Shown: piece after piece, positions 42,603-52,838 of the stretch | Numbering within the stretch: position 1 is the stretch's first letter | Layout: each line of letters starts with the position of its first letter | From: Sedimentisphaerales bacterium | GTDB taxonomy: Bacteria; Planctomycetota; Phycisphaerae; Sedimentisphaerales; SM23-30 | Reading direction: 5' to 3' | Assembly: GCA_963663965.2 (NCBI GenBank) | Contig: CAXXFK010000010.1 | Coordinates: forward strand, 96,001-160,000 | DNA: 64,000 nucleotides | Position numbers and translations under genes: made by a program | Notes under the pieces: model-generated | The model's database searches: none | What the model saw: the letters and a program-made list of their open reading frames with translations, nothing else | What the model was told of the DNA's origin: nothing

Positions 42603-43679
42603 ATGATTGTCAAAGAACTCAAACAATTCTGGTCCATGGTCAAAACGTGCACTGCCATTGTCATGGTCGTCGCCCTCTTTTTCTCAATGATTGAGTGTAT
42701 TCGAGCTTATCAGACCCTCCGGGATTTGCACCTCTGGGCCGGATATGGTTTTCTACTGATCCTCGCGGGTTTAATCATTTGGGCCGTATGGATGCTATAC
42801 CGAGTCAATCATGACCGCCCATTGGTCCTGAAAGTACCCGATCCCGTCCGCGTGCGCAAATACAGCCGCTATCTGTTAAAATATATCCGCAGACTTGAAG
42901 AAAATCCCCAGTTTTCCGTCGACCAGCAGAAACAGATCTTTGAACAGCGGATCAAACTCCAGGAACGGATAAAAAAGGCCAATAGCTCCCGTAAATACAT
43001 GGCCGCCATCGAGTTAGCAGAAAACGAAACCATCCTGCCATCCCTGAAAATTCTCGATGCCGTCGCCGAAAAAACCATACGACAGAGCGTACGCGATATC
43101 ATGCTGGCCGTCACGGTCAGCCCATACCGTTCCATCGATCTGATGGTGGTCATCTACCGCAATATCGGCATGATCCAGAACATCACCACGATCTACAACT
43201 CCCGGCCGCGCCTGCGCGAATCTCTGCTTATCATCTATGACACCATTCGGGTAGTCGCCACCGTCAATTTTGTCAGCCTGAGCGCCAAAATGCTCGAAAA
43301 TGTCACCCGCGGCCTTCCCGGCGCCATTCCCGGTATCAGCCGTATCGTCGATAGCTGCACCGAAGGTCTCTCCGCCGGCCTCTTATCCAGTATCACCGGC
43401 CACGCCGCCAAACACCGCTGCCGTGCCTTCCGCAGGTGGTCCTACCAGGATGCCAAAGAATCCATCGCCATCCACCTCAAAACCTTCACAGCCGATGTCG
43501 GCAAAATGTTCTTTATGGACATCACCCCTCATATCCGCATCCCCGGCGGCCTCACCCTCGAAAAATGGCGCGAAATCAAAGACAACGTCGCCAAAGGATT
43601 TTCCGACACCGTCTCCGGCATCTACGACTTCGTCCGTTCCAAAACCAGAAAACAAGAACCTAAATCCGCCACCGAATGA
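42603..43679 (+). CDS. YcjF/DUF697-like membrane protein
   Basis: Two N-terminal TMs; AVTVSPYRSIDL..IYNSRP..EGLSAGLL..TGHAA..CR. Confidence 0.7.
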   Translation: MIVKELKQFWSMVKTCTAIVMVVALFFSMIECIRAYQTLRDLHLWAGYGFLLILAGLIIWAVWMLYRVNHDRPLVLKVPDPVRVRKYSRYLLKYIRRLEENPQFSVDQQKQIFEQRIKLQERIKKANSSRKYMAAIELAENETILPSLKILDAVAEKTIRQSVRDIMLAVTVSPYRSIDLMVVIYRNIGMIQNITTIYNSRPRLRESLLIIYDTIRVVATVNFVSLSAKMLENVTRGLPGAIPGISRIVDSCTEGLSAGLLSSITGHAAKHRCRAFRRWSYQDAKESIAIHLKTFTADVGKMFFMDITPHIRIPGGLTLEKWREIKDNVAKGFSDTVSGIYDFVRSKTRKQEPKSATE

Positions 43680-43688
43680 TCTTTTTAT

Positions 43689-43716
43689 TTGACAGATGCA
43701 AAAATCCCTATAAGAT
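43689..43716 (+). promoter_or_regulatory. sigma70 promoter of tRNA-Gly
   Basis: TTGACA-16-TAAGAT, 16 bp before the tRNA. Confidence 0.7.
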
Positions 43717-43732
43717 AGGCCCTTAACACTAT

Positions 43733-43803
43733 GCGGGTGTAGCTTAGTGGTAAAGCTCCAGCCTTCCAAGCTGGCCATGTCGGTTCGATTCCGATCACCC
43801 GCT
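43733..43803 (+). tRNA. tRNA-Gly (anticodon TCC), CCA not encoded
   Basis: Acceptor stem GCGGGTG/CACCCGC, D-arm AGCTTAGTGGTAAAGCT, anticodon stem CCAGC-CTTCCAA-GCTGG, GGTTCGATTCC T-arm. Confidence 0.97.
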
Positions 43804-44116
43804 TTCTTATTTCCAGTTCTGCCTTGTCCTCATTATCATCTTCCTTTCTTTAAAATCTTAGGCTTGATCTCCGAGTTATATTCCATTAACAATTGATAAT
43901 AACCACTGGGCCGCGAATCATGTCTTTTCTAGTAATGCCTTAACTTAAGAGCGATCAGACATTTACATACCTGATAGATATAACTTTGCGCTTTGCAGAA
44001 AAGCAGTCAACTGCTTGGATACCAATATGGAACGGCATTATTTTCCAACACCAAATCCCAATTACGATACGCGAAATACGCGTCCCTGACCATTTATAAC
44101 TTCTCTAACGCTCCTT

Positions 44117-45556
44117 TCAAGGATGATCTTTCTTGCGATGGACAACAAAGCGTTGATGCATCGCTTTGACCAGGTCTGGATAGTCTTTAGCGAGGTTGTT
44201 TTTTTCTTCCGGGTCCAGTCGAAGGTTATAAAGCTGCCAGTCTTCTGGTGACGAAGGTTCCTTGCGGCTGTATCGGACAATTTTCCAGTCATGATGCAGC
44301 AGGGCCCAGCGATCTGTCTGCGGATGCCAGATCCAGTAAATATCGCGATCCGGCAATGGGTCGTCTTTAAAAATAGCTGGACTCAGATCGATCCCATCCC
44401 AGGAGATTGGGGCCGCCGCCTGATAATCGACAATTCGCGCCAGGGTAGGAAACCAGTCAACAATGTGTACCGGTGTGTCTAGCTGTCCGGATTTGATACG
44501 GTCTGGCCAGTTGATAAATCCGGCCACATGAACACCGCCTTCCCAGACATCGAGTTTCCGGCCTCGCCAATGCGCGGGCTGATTATAATCCTTCAACGGA
44601 ATATCATCCGGATACCCACCCCCATTACTGTTACGCCAGGGGCCATTATCGGAAGAAAACATAATGAGTGTGTTTTCTCGCTGACCGGAACGTTCCAGTG
44701 CCTTGACAATATCTCCGATTGCGCTGTCGAGATGATAAACCGTTGCCAGCAGCAACCGCTTATCCCGCGATGGTTCCGATTGGATAATCCCTGCGGGATC
44801 GTTGAACCATTTGATTTTATCTTCGTTCAGCCAGCGTTTTGGATTATCCGGATCTGGTTGTGTCGGTGTGTCGATAAATTCGCCGCGCTCATCCAGGGGT
44901 AAATGGGGGGCATGAAACGCCAGATAAAGAAAAAAAGGAGTCGTGCGTTTTTTTTCAATAAACCGAATCGCTTCCCGACTAATCAAGTCGGTGACATGAG
45001 TGCCGTTTTCATAGCCGGGTATGATCTCATGGTCTCGGTGCCATGTTGGATCATATTGGGGATGCCCGCCCGCCTTATACAGATGATTATACATACCAAC
45101 GGCCCCGGCCAGTGAACCATAACTATGGTCAAACCCAAAATGATTAGGGCCATATTCCGGCATCGAGCCCAGATGCCACTTGCCGCAAATCTGCGTATCG
45201 TATCCCAGTTTTTGCAGCATAGTCGCTATGGTTGCGGTGCCATGAGGGATAACCGGTTCATTACTGGCTACCAGCGCCTGTTTGCTGAACCGACCTGGAT
45301 AACGTCCGGTAAGTAGCGCGACTCGGGTAGGCGTGCATTGCGGCATCACATAATGATTGGTCAAACGAATACCGCTTTCGGCCAGCTTATCCAGATTAGG
45401 GGTATAGACTTCAGGATTATGATAGCCGATATCGGCCCAACCCTGATCGTCACTGATGATAATAACCACATTCGGCCGTTCCGCGGCAAAACAGCTTAGA
45501 GAGATGGCAGCGAGGCTGCAACAAATACTAAAGAGTTGTACGATATATCGATTCAT
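44117..45556 (-). CDS. Formylglycine-dependent (S1) sulfatase, exported
   Basis: PNVVIIISDDQG, CTPTRVALLTGRY (CxPxR), GKWHLG, SSDNG, LYNLRLDPEE. Confidence 0.95.
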   Translation of the reverse strand: MNRYIVQLFSICCSLAAISLSCFAAERPNVVIIISDDQGWADIGYHNPEVYTPNLDKLAESGIRLTNHYVMPQCTPTRVALLTGRYPGRFSKQALVASNEPVIPHGTATIATMLQKLGYDTQICGKWHLGSMPEYGPNHFGFDHSYGSLAGAVGMYNHLYKAGGHPQYDPTWHRDHEIIPGYENGTHVTDLISREAIRFIEKKRTTPFFLYLAFHAPHLPLDERGEFIDTPTQPDPDNPKRWLNEDKIKWFNDPAGIIQSEPSRDKRLLLATVYHLDSAIGDIVKALERSGQRENTLIMFSSDNGPWRNSNGGGYPDDIPLKDYNQPAHWRGRKLDVWEGGVHVAGFINWPDRIKSGQLDTPVHIVDWFPTLARIVDYQAAAPISWDGIDLSPAIFKDDPLPDRDIYWIWHPQTDRWALLHHDWKIVRYSRKEPSSPEDWQLYNLRLDPEEKNNLAKDYPDLVKAMHQRFVVHRKKDHP

Positions 45557-45579
45557 GGGTATAGTCCGGTTTCAATGAG

Positions 45580-46797
45580 TTATCTCTCGGTCAATTTACC
45601 ATTCGCATTTGAATATGCTCGCTTGATCGTATCATACTGATCGTTAGCTTGCAAGCAATCGGATAGTTCCTTATTGTTCGTGGCATTTTCAAGCCGATAC
45701 ATCTCGCTGGCAGCCAGTAGCAACGCCCCGGTTCCATAAGGCATCGTATTATCCCTGTTATAATGGACCGGTTTATCTCCGACGGGTTGAACACCTGTGA
45801 ATTTTCCATCCGCCTGAACATAGGTTGCCAGCGACTGCCAACCCTTCTGGATAACCGGCTCAAAACGCTCACGATCAATAATCTTTTCATTGACCGCATA
45901 GGCCAGTCCATAAATAAAAAAGGCGCTGCCGCTGGTCTCCGCCTGAGGATGTCCTTCAGCATACAGCAGACTTGAACGCCATAGTCCATCGTCACCCTGG
46001 ATCTCTGCCAGCTTAAGACACATCTCCCGTAATTGCTGTTCGTATCGTGGTCGAATAGGATCATCCATGGATAGATATTGCAAAACGCGCACCAGTCCGC
46101 CAACGACCCAGCCGTTTCCACGGCTCCAGAACACTTTCTGACCATTGGGTTCCCTTCGGTTAAACCAGAAATGATCACGATAATATAAATGTGCATCTTG
46201 ATCGTAATAAAAATCTGAACATGTCCACCACCATTGATGCAAAAAATCAAGATATTTCTCATCGCCGGTAATTTTCCCTAACCGGGCATAGGTCGGAGGC
46301 GACATGAACAGGGCATCACACCAACTCCACTTAAACTGATTCTTGCCCACGAACTCCAAATTATTATCTTGAGTAGCCACTATTTCGATGACTTTGTCTA
46401 GCGCTTTCTGCGTCGGCTTCAACATGGCAGCATCGCGCTTGATTTCATACATTTCCAGCCAGGCCTGAGGGGTGCAATGATCATTTCCCTTCCAGGCGGT
46501 GCTTATCACTTTCCAGTTTTCGCGCTTGCCGACCTCGTAAACCTGATCAATAAACCAGGTATCGCCTGTTGCTTTGCCTACTGCCATCATACCATTCCAG
46601 AATGGCCCCTGGATCCAATCCCCCACCGGCGATTGATGCGGATGATCCAGTTGCCACTGGGCAACCCGGCGGACAAGCTGAGGTATATGTTCCTCGCAGA
46701 TCATCGGGGCGGGCGGGGATTCTGCAATGAGTGTACTGACTGACAGAATAAAAATGAATGCGATCAAGCTGAAGCTGGAATTCCACGTCTGCATCAC
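45580..46797 (-). CDS. GH105/GH88 family unsaturated uronyl hydrolase, exported
   Basis: WSWCDALFMSPP, FWSRGNGWV, ETSGSAFF, YGTGALLLA. Confidence 0.92.
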   Translation of the reverse strand: MMQTWNSSFSLIAFIFILSVSTLIAESPPAPMICEEHIPQLVRRVAQWQLDHPHQSPVGDWIQGPFWNGMMAVGKATGDTWFIDQVYEVGKRENWKVISTAWKGNDHCTPQAWLEMYEIKRDAAMLKPTQKALDKVIEIVATQDNNLEFVGKNQFKWSWCDALFMSPPTYARLGKITGDEKYLDFLHQWWWTCSDFYYDQDAHLYYRDHFWFNRREPNGQKVFWSRGNGWVVGGLVRVLQYLSMDDPIRPRYEQQLREMCLKLAEIQGDDGLWRSSLLYAEGHPQAETSGSAFFIYGLAYAVNEKIIDRERFEPVIQKGWQSLATYVQADGKFTGVQPVGDKPVHYNRDNTMPYGTGALLLAASEMYRLENATNNKELSDCLQANDQYDTIKRAYSNANGKLTER

Positions 46798-46814
46798 GGT
46801 TTCTCCTTAAGTTA

Positions 46815-46992
46815 GGAGCCGCGCATAAGTAACTGCTACATTTATCACACAGCTTGTTGTCAGATTCAGTCGCGCCGATTGAGCGAAACCGCAGGCAGTG
46901 CGATTCTATGTCGAGGATTTCGCGAGTGAGAAGCGGCTGAAGATGGCGGCAAGATGGGATGAAAAATGGAGGTGTTATTTTTGCGCGGTTCC
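46815..46992. mobile_element. MITE (178 bp) with 19-bp terminal inverted repeats and TTA target duplication
   Basis: GGAGCCGCGCATAAGTAAC vs revcomp GGAACCGCGCAAAAATAAC (16/19); TTA at 46812-14 and 46993-95; internally self-complementary. Confidence 0.75.
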
Positions 46993-47605
46993 TTAATAAT
47001 TGACATGAGTTAATCTGTTCTTCGCTTAACGAAATATGTATCGCGGCCAGATTTTCCTGGAGTTGTTCAATCCTGCTTACTCCTGTGACAGGAATCACTT
47101 GAAGATTTTGGTGATGCATCAGCCAGGCCAGGTAGTTACTGGCTCCCAGAAAACGCGCTTTCCCGTCGCGCACTAGCCGGTTAAAAGCCTCCAGAGTTTC
47201 TTCCAGCGGCGTATCCCGATCATCGGCGTGAGAGTAGTATAAATCAATAGAGTCAGTACCCAGACGCTGGAGACTATGTTCGCACTCAGCAATAATTTGA
47301 GAGGCTTTAAGACCTTTCTTCACTCCCGGCATGGGCAGGCCCACTTTGGTGGCAATAAACACCTTATCACGATAATGTCGCTCTTTCATCCAGCGACCTA
47401 TCAGCGCCTCGCTTTCTCCCCCGGCGCATCCGTCTATCCAGCTGGCGTATTTATTGGCCGTATCGAAAAAATACCCACCGGCCTGAATATACTCATTTAA
47501 TATGGCATAAGCAGTATCCTGAGTGATCGTGCTGCCAAAATACATCGTTCCCAGGCAAATCTGGCTCACTTTGGCATGAGTGTTTCCAAGTGGGATTGTT
47601 TTCAT
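46993..47605 (-). pseudogene. Aldo/keto reductase with internal deletion; ORF reads on into the MITE
   Basis: CLGTMYFG, FDTANKY, ATKVG, SLQRLGTDSIDLYYSH, GASNYLAW joined directly to LMHHQNLQVIPVTG..EQLQENL. Confidence 0.75.
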
Positions 47606-47616
47606 AACCTTATTCG

Positions 47617-48864
47617 TTAAAACCGATAGTCTCTAGCAGTATCAAAAATCGCCAGTATCTTCTCCGGCGGTATATCCGCCTGAATATTGTGTATCGTAGC
47701 GAATACATAGCCTCCATCCCGCCCCAGCAGTTCGATACGGTCACGAACCTCGCTTTTAATATCGTCAATCGCGCCAAATGGCAATGTCGTCTGTGTTTCC
47801 ACTCCGCCCCCCCAGAAAGCGATATTATCGCCGTACTTCTTTTTGATCCTTTCTGGATCCATACCCCGCGCGTTGGTTTGCAGCGGATTCAGGATATCGA
47901 TACCGATTTCAATAAAATCCGGCAGGATTTCTTCAATAGCCCCGTCGCAATGGATGAAGATTTTAGCATTGGTTCGCGCCTTAACGAACTCGATCCACTT
48001 TTTCTGTCGGGGCTTGATCATTTCCCGATAAATACCCGGCGAGACTTGCAGGGCGTCCTGGGCCCCAATGTCGTCATTCAACTGTATCGCGCATAGATAC
48101 GGACCGGCGATCTTAAGATAGGAGTCCAGTATGTCCATATCATGCTCCAGCATCCGATCCATCCAGTATTCCATCAGATCCCGTTTGAGCATCAGATTCA
48201 TCATATAGGTTTCGAACCCAAACAGAGCGACGCCAATCTCCAGAAACGAACAGTTCAACAGGGGCAATCCTCCAAACAGCGCCTTGTCGCTCTGACGATA
48301 AAACCGGTCAATCTGCTGTTCTAAAAAAGCGTCTTCGCGTTCGCTCCAGGGATCGGGAAACTCCCAGGCATCGATATCAGCCGTAGTCTCAGCATGCTGT
48401 AATGGCGCCGCGCAAACATCAAAATATAGCGAATTCAAAGGTCGGCGCGCCATAACCCGGCCGTCACGTTCAATCTCAATGGTTCCATCATCCAGAAATA
48501 CCGGATCGTAAGCATCCGGTACCATACAAGTGGCGCCATCGGTCAGTTGCCCCGATTTCCAGCGATCCAGTGTCAAAAAGGGCATGCCTGTCGTAGGCCC
48601 CAATCGATTCAACTGGATGACATCCCCTCCCAGACGATCGATCATTTCCAATGATGGCAGCGCGAGTTGCTGCTTAATATCATATAATCGGATAATCTCT
48701 TTCATGCCCAGATGATTTAACAGATTGTTATACGCGATCGCGGCGATTCCCGACACCCGGGTAGCCCCAAAATCGATAGGAACACGATCCACAGGGTCGC
48801 GATCAAGTGCGGCCAGCACGCGTTGACGGGAGGTCATGGTTGTCATAAAGCTATACCTTTTCAA
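47617..48864 (-). CDS. Uroporphyrinogen decarboxylase (URO-D/MtaA-CmuA) family protein
   Basis: MTSRQRVLAAL..PVDRVPID, HCDGAI, GIDILNPLQ, FWGGG, HNIQADIPPE; true start probably 48847 or 48838. Confidence 0.9.
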   Translation of the reverse strand: MKRYSFMTTMTSRQRVLAALDRDPVDRVPIDFGATRVSGIAAIAYNNLLNHLGMKEIIRLYDIKQQLALPSLEMIDRLGGDVIQLNRLGPTTGMPFLTLDRWKSGQLTDGATCMVPDAYDPVFLDDGTIEIERDGRVMARRPLNSLYFDVCAAPLQHAETTADIDAWEFPDPWSEREDAFLEQQIDRFYRQSDKALFGGLPLLNCSFLEIGVALFGFETYMMNLMLKRDLMEYWMDRMLEHDMDILDSYLKIAGPYLCAIQLNDDIGAQDALQVSPGIYREMIKPRQKKWIEFVKARTNAKIFIHCDGAIEEILPDFIEIGIDILNPLQTNARGMDPERIKKKYGDNIAFWGGGVETQTTLPFGAIDDIKSEVRDRIELLGRDGGYVFATIHNIQADIPPEKILAIFDTARDYRF

Positions 48865-50146
48865 TAGTAGCGGAACTTGGTTTTTCTTTGATCAGCAGAT
48901 GGATGCAAAAAATAGCCAGAGGATGCAGAAAACCCATCAAAATAAAAATTGGAACATAACCGAAATACTTGACAATGAAACCAGGTGCCAGGGACGAAAA
49001 AATGATGCCCCCCAGTCCGCCGGCAAAACCGCCCAGCCCTGTAACCGAGGCGACCGCCGACGCCGGGAAACAATCGGACGCCAGCGTAAATATGTTAGCC
49101 GACCAGCCGCTATGGGCGCCCGCGGCCAGACTGACCAATACAATGACCAGCCAGGGATGCGAGGTAAATCCGCTTAAGGCGGTTATCGGCAGACAAAGAG
49201 CGCAAAGCAGCATAACCCGTTTACGAGCCCGAAAATCCGGCACACCGCGCCCCATCAGCCATCCGGCATACCAGCCGGCCAGGTTACTGAGCAAAATAGC
49301 CACCCCATAAATCACCGGCATGGCAAATCCAATGCCTTTAATATCGAATCCATGCCGGTCATATAGGAATTTGGGCAGCCAGAAAATATAAAACCACCAG
49401 ACCGGATCGGCGCAAAACTTACCGATTACGATAGCCCAGACGCGTCGATCCTTTAATAAATCACGCCAGCGTACAGACGACCCGGAACCCGCGGATAAAT
49501 CCGGCTGACTGGATGGCCCAACTTCAGACGCCAGATGATATGGATGGCGGTACATCATCAGCCAGAATAACGCCAGAACCAGGCCACATGCGCCAAATAT
49601 GACAAATGTCCAGCGCCAGCCCACCGCCAGTGTCAATAAAGCGATCAGCGGCGGCCCGGCCACCAGCGAAATATGCGGCCCGCTGTTAAACAGCGAAGTC
49701 GCCAGTGCCCGTTCACGCGGATGAAACCACTCCGCCACCGCTTTGATTGCCGCCGGAAAATTTCCGCTTTCGGTCAGCCCCAGCGCGCCCCGCCAGAAAC
49801 CCAAAGACCATACCGACCGGCTCAACCCCGTCAACATACCCGCCAGCGACCAGGTAACAATCGATAGCAGATATCCCAGACGCGTGCCCAGACGGTCGAT
49901 AATACTACCGGCAAAAACAAAGCCCACGGTATATAGCAGGGTAAAAGCCGTCAAAATATATCCATATTTCACCTCATCCAGTGCCAACTCGTCGCATACC
50001 GCCTTGGAAGCCACCGACAAAATAATCCTGTCAGCATAATTGATCGTTGTGGCCAGAAAAACCAGCAACAGAATAAACCAGCGATAGGATGGATATCCCG
50101 TCTGATCCGATTCCAGTAAAGAGGGTTGTCTGTCATATTGCGTCAT
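48851..50146 (-). CDS. MFS transporter, ExuT/ACS (hexuronate) type
   Basis: TTINYADR, ESGNFPAAIKAVAEWF..ERALATSLFNSG, DPVWWFYIFWLPK. Confidence 0.92.
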   Translation of the reverse strand: MTQYDRQPSLLESDQTGYPSYRWFILLLVFLATTINYADRIILSVASKAVCDELALDEVKYGYILTAFTLLYTVGFVFAGSIIDRLGTRLGYLLSIVTWSLAGMLTGLSRSVWSLGFWRGALGLTESGNFPAAIKAVAEWFHPRERALATSLFNSGPHISLVAGPPLIALLTLAVGWRWTFVIFGACGLVLALFWLMMYRHPYHLASEVGPSSQPDLSAGSGSSVRWRDLLKDRRVWAIVIGKFCADPVWWFYIFWLPKFLYDRHGFDIKGIGFAMPVIYGVAILLSNLAGWYAGWLMGRGVPDFRARKRVMLLCALCLPITALSGFTSHPWLVIVLVSLAAGAHSGWSANIFTLASDCFPASAVASVTGLGGFAGGLGGIIFSSLAPGFIVKYFGYVPIFILMGFLHPLAIFCIHLLIKEKPSSATIEKV

Positions 50147-50174
50147 TGGTCAGTCAATTTCTGGCAAAACTTAA

Positions 50175-50335
50175 GGGTACCTCAAAAAATTGCTTTAGAG
50201 GCGAAAGCGAGGATGGTTTTTCTCTGGCAAGGAACAAAGAATCGGGCATATTCGTCAATATTCACGGTTTTTTGTGATGCAGTCCAGAGGGAAATCAGGC
50301 CGCTTGCAGCCCTGAATGAACTATTAGAGGTTCCC
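50175..50335. mobile_element. MITE (161 bp) flanked by TTAA duplication
   Basis: Ends GGGTACCTCAAAAAATT / revcomp GGGAACCTCTAATAGTT; TTAA at 50171-74 and 50336-39. Confidence 0.75.
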
Positions 50336-51778
50336 TTAAAAATAGATATCCTGATACTTGTTTAACCAGTCGATAACATTCCGATCCAGCCATTTCTCAC
50401 GGAATGGCCGCGTCAGCATGGCATTTGCCGCGTTATCGTCAACAAACCGCTCCGCTTTTGCGTCCCAGGTCACTTTCCGACCCAGTTCAATCGAAGCCAG
50501 CCCCATCCACGTCAGAAAATACACATTATACCCCACTGCCAGCGGTTCCAGCGCCGGCTTGCCGGTTTCGATCGACTGCAGAAAATCCGCCTTATCGCTC
50601 AAGGTGTCTTCGTAGGATACCTCGCCCGGCCCCGGTTTAAATTTTAAAAACGACTCATCGCTGGCCGTCAATGTATTCGGATAGACAATCTGTACCCAGC
50701 CCTTCTCCCCCTCAAACCGTACAAACGGCTTATCGATTTTATAATGCAAAATCAACCCATCGGCATATTCATACCGAACCGTCATCGAAGTCATCGTATT
50801 CCACAACCCCTTATCGAAAACGCCCGTCCCTTCCGCGCTCACCGGCAATTCCCGCTCTCGTTTCATCCCCCACGACGCCAGGTCATGCAAATGGGCGCCC
50901 CAGTTGGTGATCATCCCGTTACAATAATCTTTTATCCGCAACCAGCCCGGCCGCGAATTGATCGTCTTCGGCTCATGCACCCGATGCAGGGTATAGGGCG
51001 CCTCGAAGGCCGGCCCCAGCCACATATCGTAATTCAATTCGGCAGGGATCGGCATAGTCGCCTGCGGCCCGACCGCGCTGCCATTCAGTTCCTCCGGCAC
51101 GCCAACGGTCACTTCTTTCAACTTCCCGATCAAACCATTATGAACAATTTCAATTGCCTGGTTACAAGCCCGTATACTCCGAAACTCGCTATCCAGTCGA
51201 TTGGCCACTCCCTTGGCCCGCACCGCCTCCACCACCGCCTTGCCATGCATCGGCGCCACCGTAAAGGCCTTTTCCATACAGACATGCTTACCCGCCAGCG
51301 CCGCCGCTATCGTTGCCGGCGCGTGCCAGTGATCCGCGGTGGATATCATAACGGCATCCACATTCTTATCATGAACCAGTTCACGATAATCGCCGTACGT
51401 TTTCACCCCTTTGTATCCGGAATCATTTTTCGCGTAGGCGTCATTCACCACCTTCTCGGCCAGCGCCATCCGCCAGGAATCGACATCGTTAACCGCCACC
51501 ACCCGGCAATTTTTCAACTTCAGAAATCCGCCTTTCAGGTTTACGTTAATCGCCTGACGCCCGGTCCCCAGCATCCCGATATTGATTCGATTACTCGGCG
51601 CGCTCTGACCCAACACACTGCTCGGTACAATCGCCGGCACCGCCAGCACACTCCCCGCCGTCAACAGACTGCTGCGGAGAAAATGCCGACGTGTCGGTTG
51701 TATTGCGCCACCGGCATCCTGCCCGCCCGGTATATTTCGACATTTTGCTTTATTATCGATCGTAAATGAAATGGTCAT
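50336..51778 (-). CDS. Tat-exported Gfo/Idh/MocA oxidoreductase
   Basis: TRRHFL Tat motif, DAVMISTADHWH, GKHVCMEK, YDMWLGPA, NWGAHLHD. Confidence 0.93.
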   Translation of the reverse strand: MTISFTIDNKAKCRNIPGGQDAGGAIQPTRRHFLRSSLLTAGSVLAVPAIVPSSVLGQSAPSNRINIGMLGTGRQAINVNLKGGFLKLKNCRVVAVNDVDSWRMALAEKVVNDAYAKNDSGYKGVKTYGDYRELVHDKNVDAVMISTADHWHAPATIAAALAGKHVCMEKAFTVAPMHGKAVVEAVRAKGVANRLDSEFRSIRACNQAIEIVHNGLIGKLKEVTVGVPEELNGSAVGPQATMPIPAELNYDMWLGPAFEAPYTLHRVHEPKTINSRPGWLRIKDYCNGMITNWGAHLHDLASWGMKRERELPVSAEGTGVFDKGLWNTMTSMTVRYEYADGLILHYKIDKPFVRFEGEKGWVQIVYPNTLTASDESFLKFKPGPGEVSYEDTLSDKADFLQSIETGKPALEPLAVGYNVYFLTWMGLASIELGRKVTWDAKAERFVDDNAANAMLTRPFREKWLDRNVIDWLNKYQDIYF

Positions 51779-52659
51779 TGTGCGGTCCCTTTCAACAGAA
51801 GTTTTTCTTTCATAGGTTTCCAGGCTTCCATAGACAATTTAAGATTTTCTTCCTGATCCCCCTTCACACTGTAACACTGCTGGCCGATCGCCCCTCGATA
51901 TCCCGCCGCCCGCAGCTTCAACAGAAACGCCTCGACATCATAATCGCCTTCGCCCAGCCGTAATATCGTCCGTTTCCCCTTCTCCGCGCCATTAATCGAC
52001 ACCAGCCACACATACGGCGCGGTTTTTGCGATAACCTCATCGATCCGACCCTCATTACCACCCATCATTTCATGACAGAGATTTATACTCAATCCCACAT
52101 TATCGCACTGAGCCTTCTGATGGATCCTCAAACACTCTTCAGCCGTCCCGGCATAAAATCCTGCGTGCGGATACAACACCACCCGTAAACCCGATTCCGC
52201 CGCCCAGCCGGCCACCTCCCTCACATTACGCACCGCCTGTTCATCGAACCCTTCCCGCTTACCGGTACTGCTCCGCAACGTCATCCAGATCACCGTATCG
52301 CTCCCTTTCAGCACCCTGATCGCCTCCCGCAATTCCGGCTGATAACGCTCTGTGCCATCCACAAACGAGTGGGCATAGATCCCATAAATCTTAAGCCCCT
52401 CATCTCGACAGGCGCGCTGCCAGTGCGCCAGCGCCTCCGGATTCGTATAATTATAACTGATACCGGCATATCCCGCCGCCTTAACCAGCCGGGCCTGTTT
52501 CTCCGCGGACCAGTCACCCCGCCCAACGCCGTTATCGAATACAAAGAATTCCCAGGGATTCTTACCGGATTGCACCGCCTTATCCTCGGCAAACGATAGC
52601 GGTAAGCAAACCAGCAAACATAAAATGACCGGAATGAACCATTGTATTTGCGTTTTCAT
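51775..52659 (-). CDS. Exported sugar phosphate isomerase/epimerase (TIM barrel)
   Basis: Signal peptide from MKTQIQW; LYPHAGF, NLCHEM, VSING, LGEGDYDV. Confidence 0.8.
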   Translation of the reverse strand: MKTQIQWFIPVILCLLVCLPLSFAEDKAVQSGKNPWEFFVFDNGVGRGDWSAEKQARLVKAAGYAGISYNYTNPEALAHWQRACRDEGLKIYGIYAHSFVDGTERYQPELREAIRVLKGSDTVIWMTLRSSTGKREGFDEQAVRNVREVAGWAAESGLRVVLYPHAGFYAGTAEECLRIHQKAQCDNVGLSINLCHEMMGGNEGRIDEVIAKTAPYVWLVSINGAEKGKRTILRLGEGDYDVEAFLLKLRAAGYRGAIGQQCYSVKGDQEENLKLSMEAWKPMKEKLLLKGTAQ

Positions 52660-52771
52660 ATCAAATCTCCCAAAATCGATTATTTTAAACAAAAGAAAGA
52701 TTTCAATATTTAAATACCTGTAACCACAAAAACACCCGCGAGCGCATTGCGAAATACGCCGGAAATACATA

Positions 52772-52838
52772 GTGCCTTGTATTGAAAGAGTTTACAGCTT
52801 TTTCGAACCATAATTGTGCCCTCGTATTGAACAGTTAC
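52772..52838. promoter_or_regulatory. Direct-repeat operator candidate for the AraC regulator
   Basis: GTGCCTTGTATTGAAAGAGTT / GTGCCCTCGTATTGAACAGTT, 44 bp apart in the divergent intergenic region. Confidence 0.5.

Noticed and set aside
46547..46992. C-terminal extension of the 352-aa AKR ORF
   Set aside because: Read-through across the MITE and out-of-frame overlap with the GH105 gene
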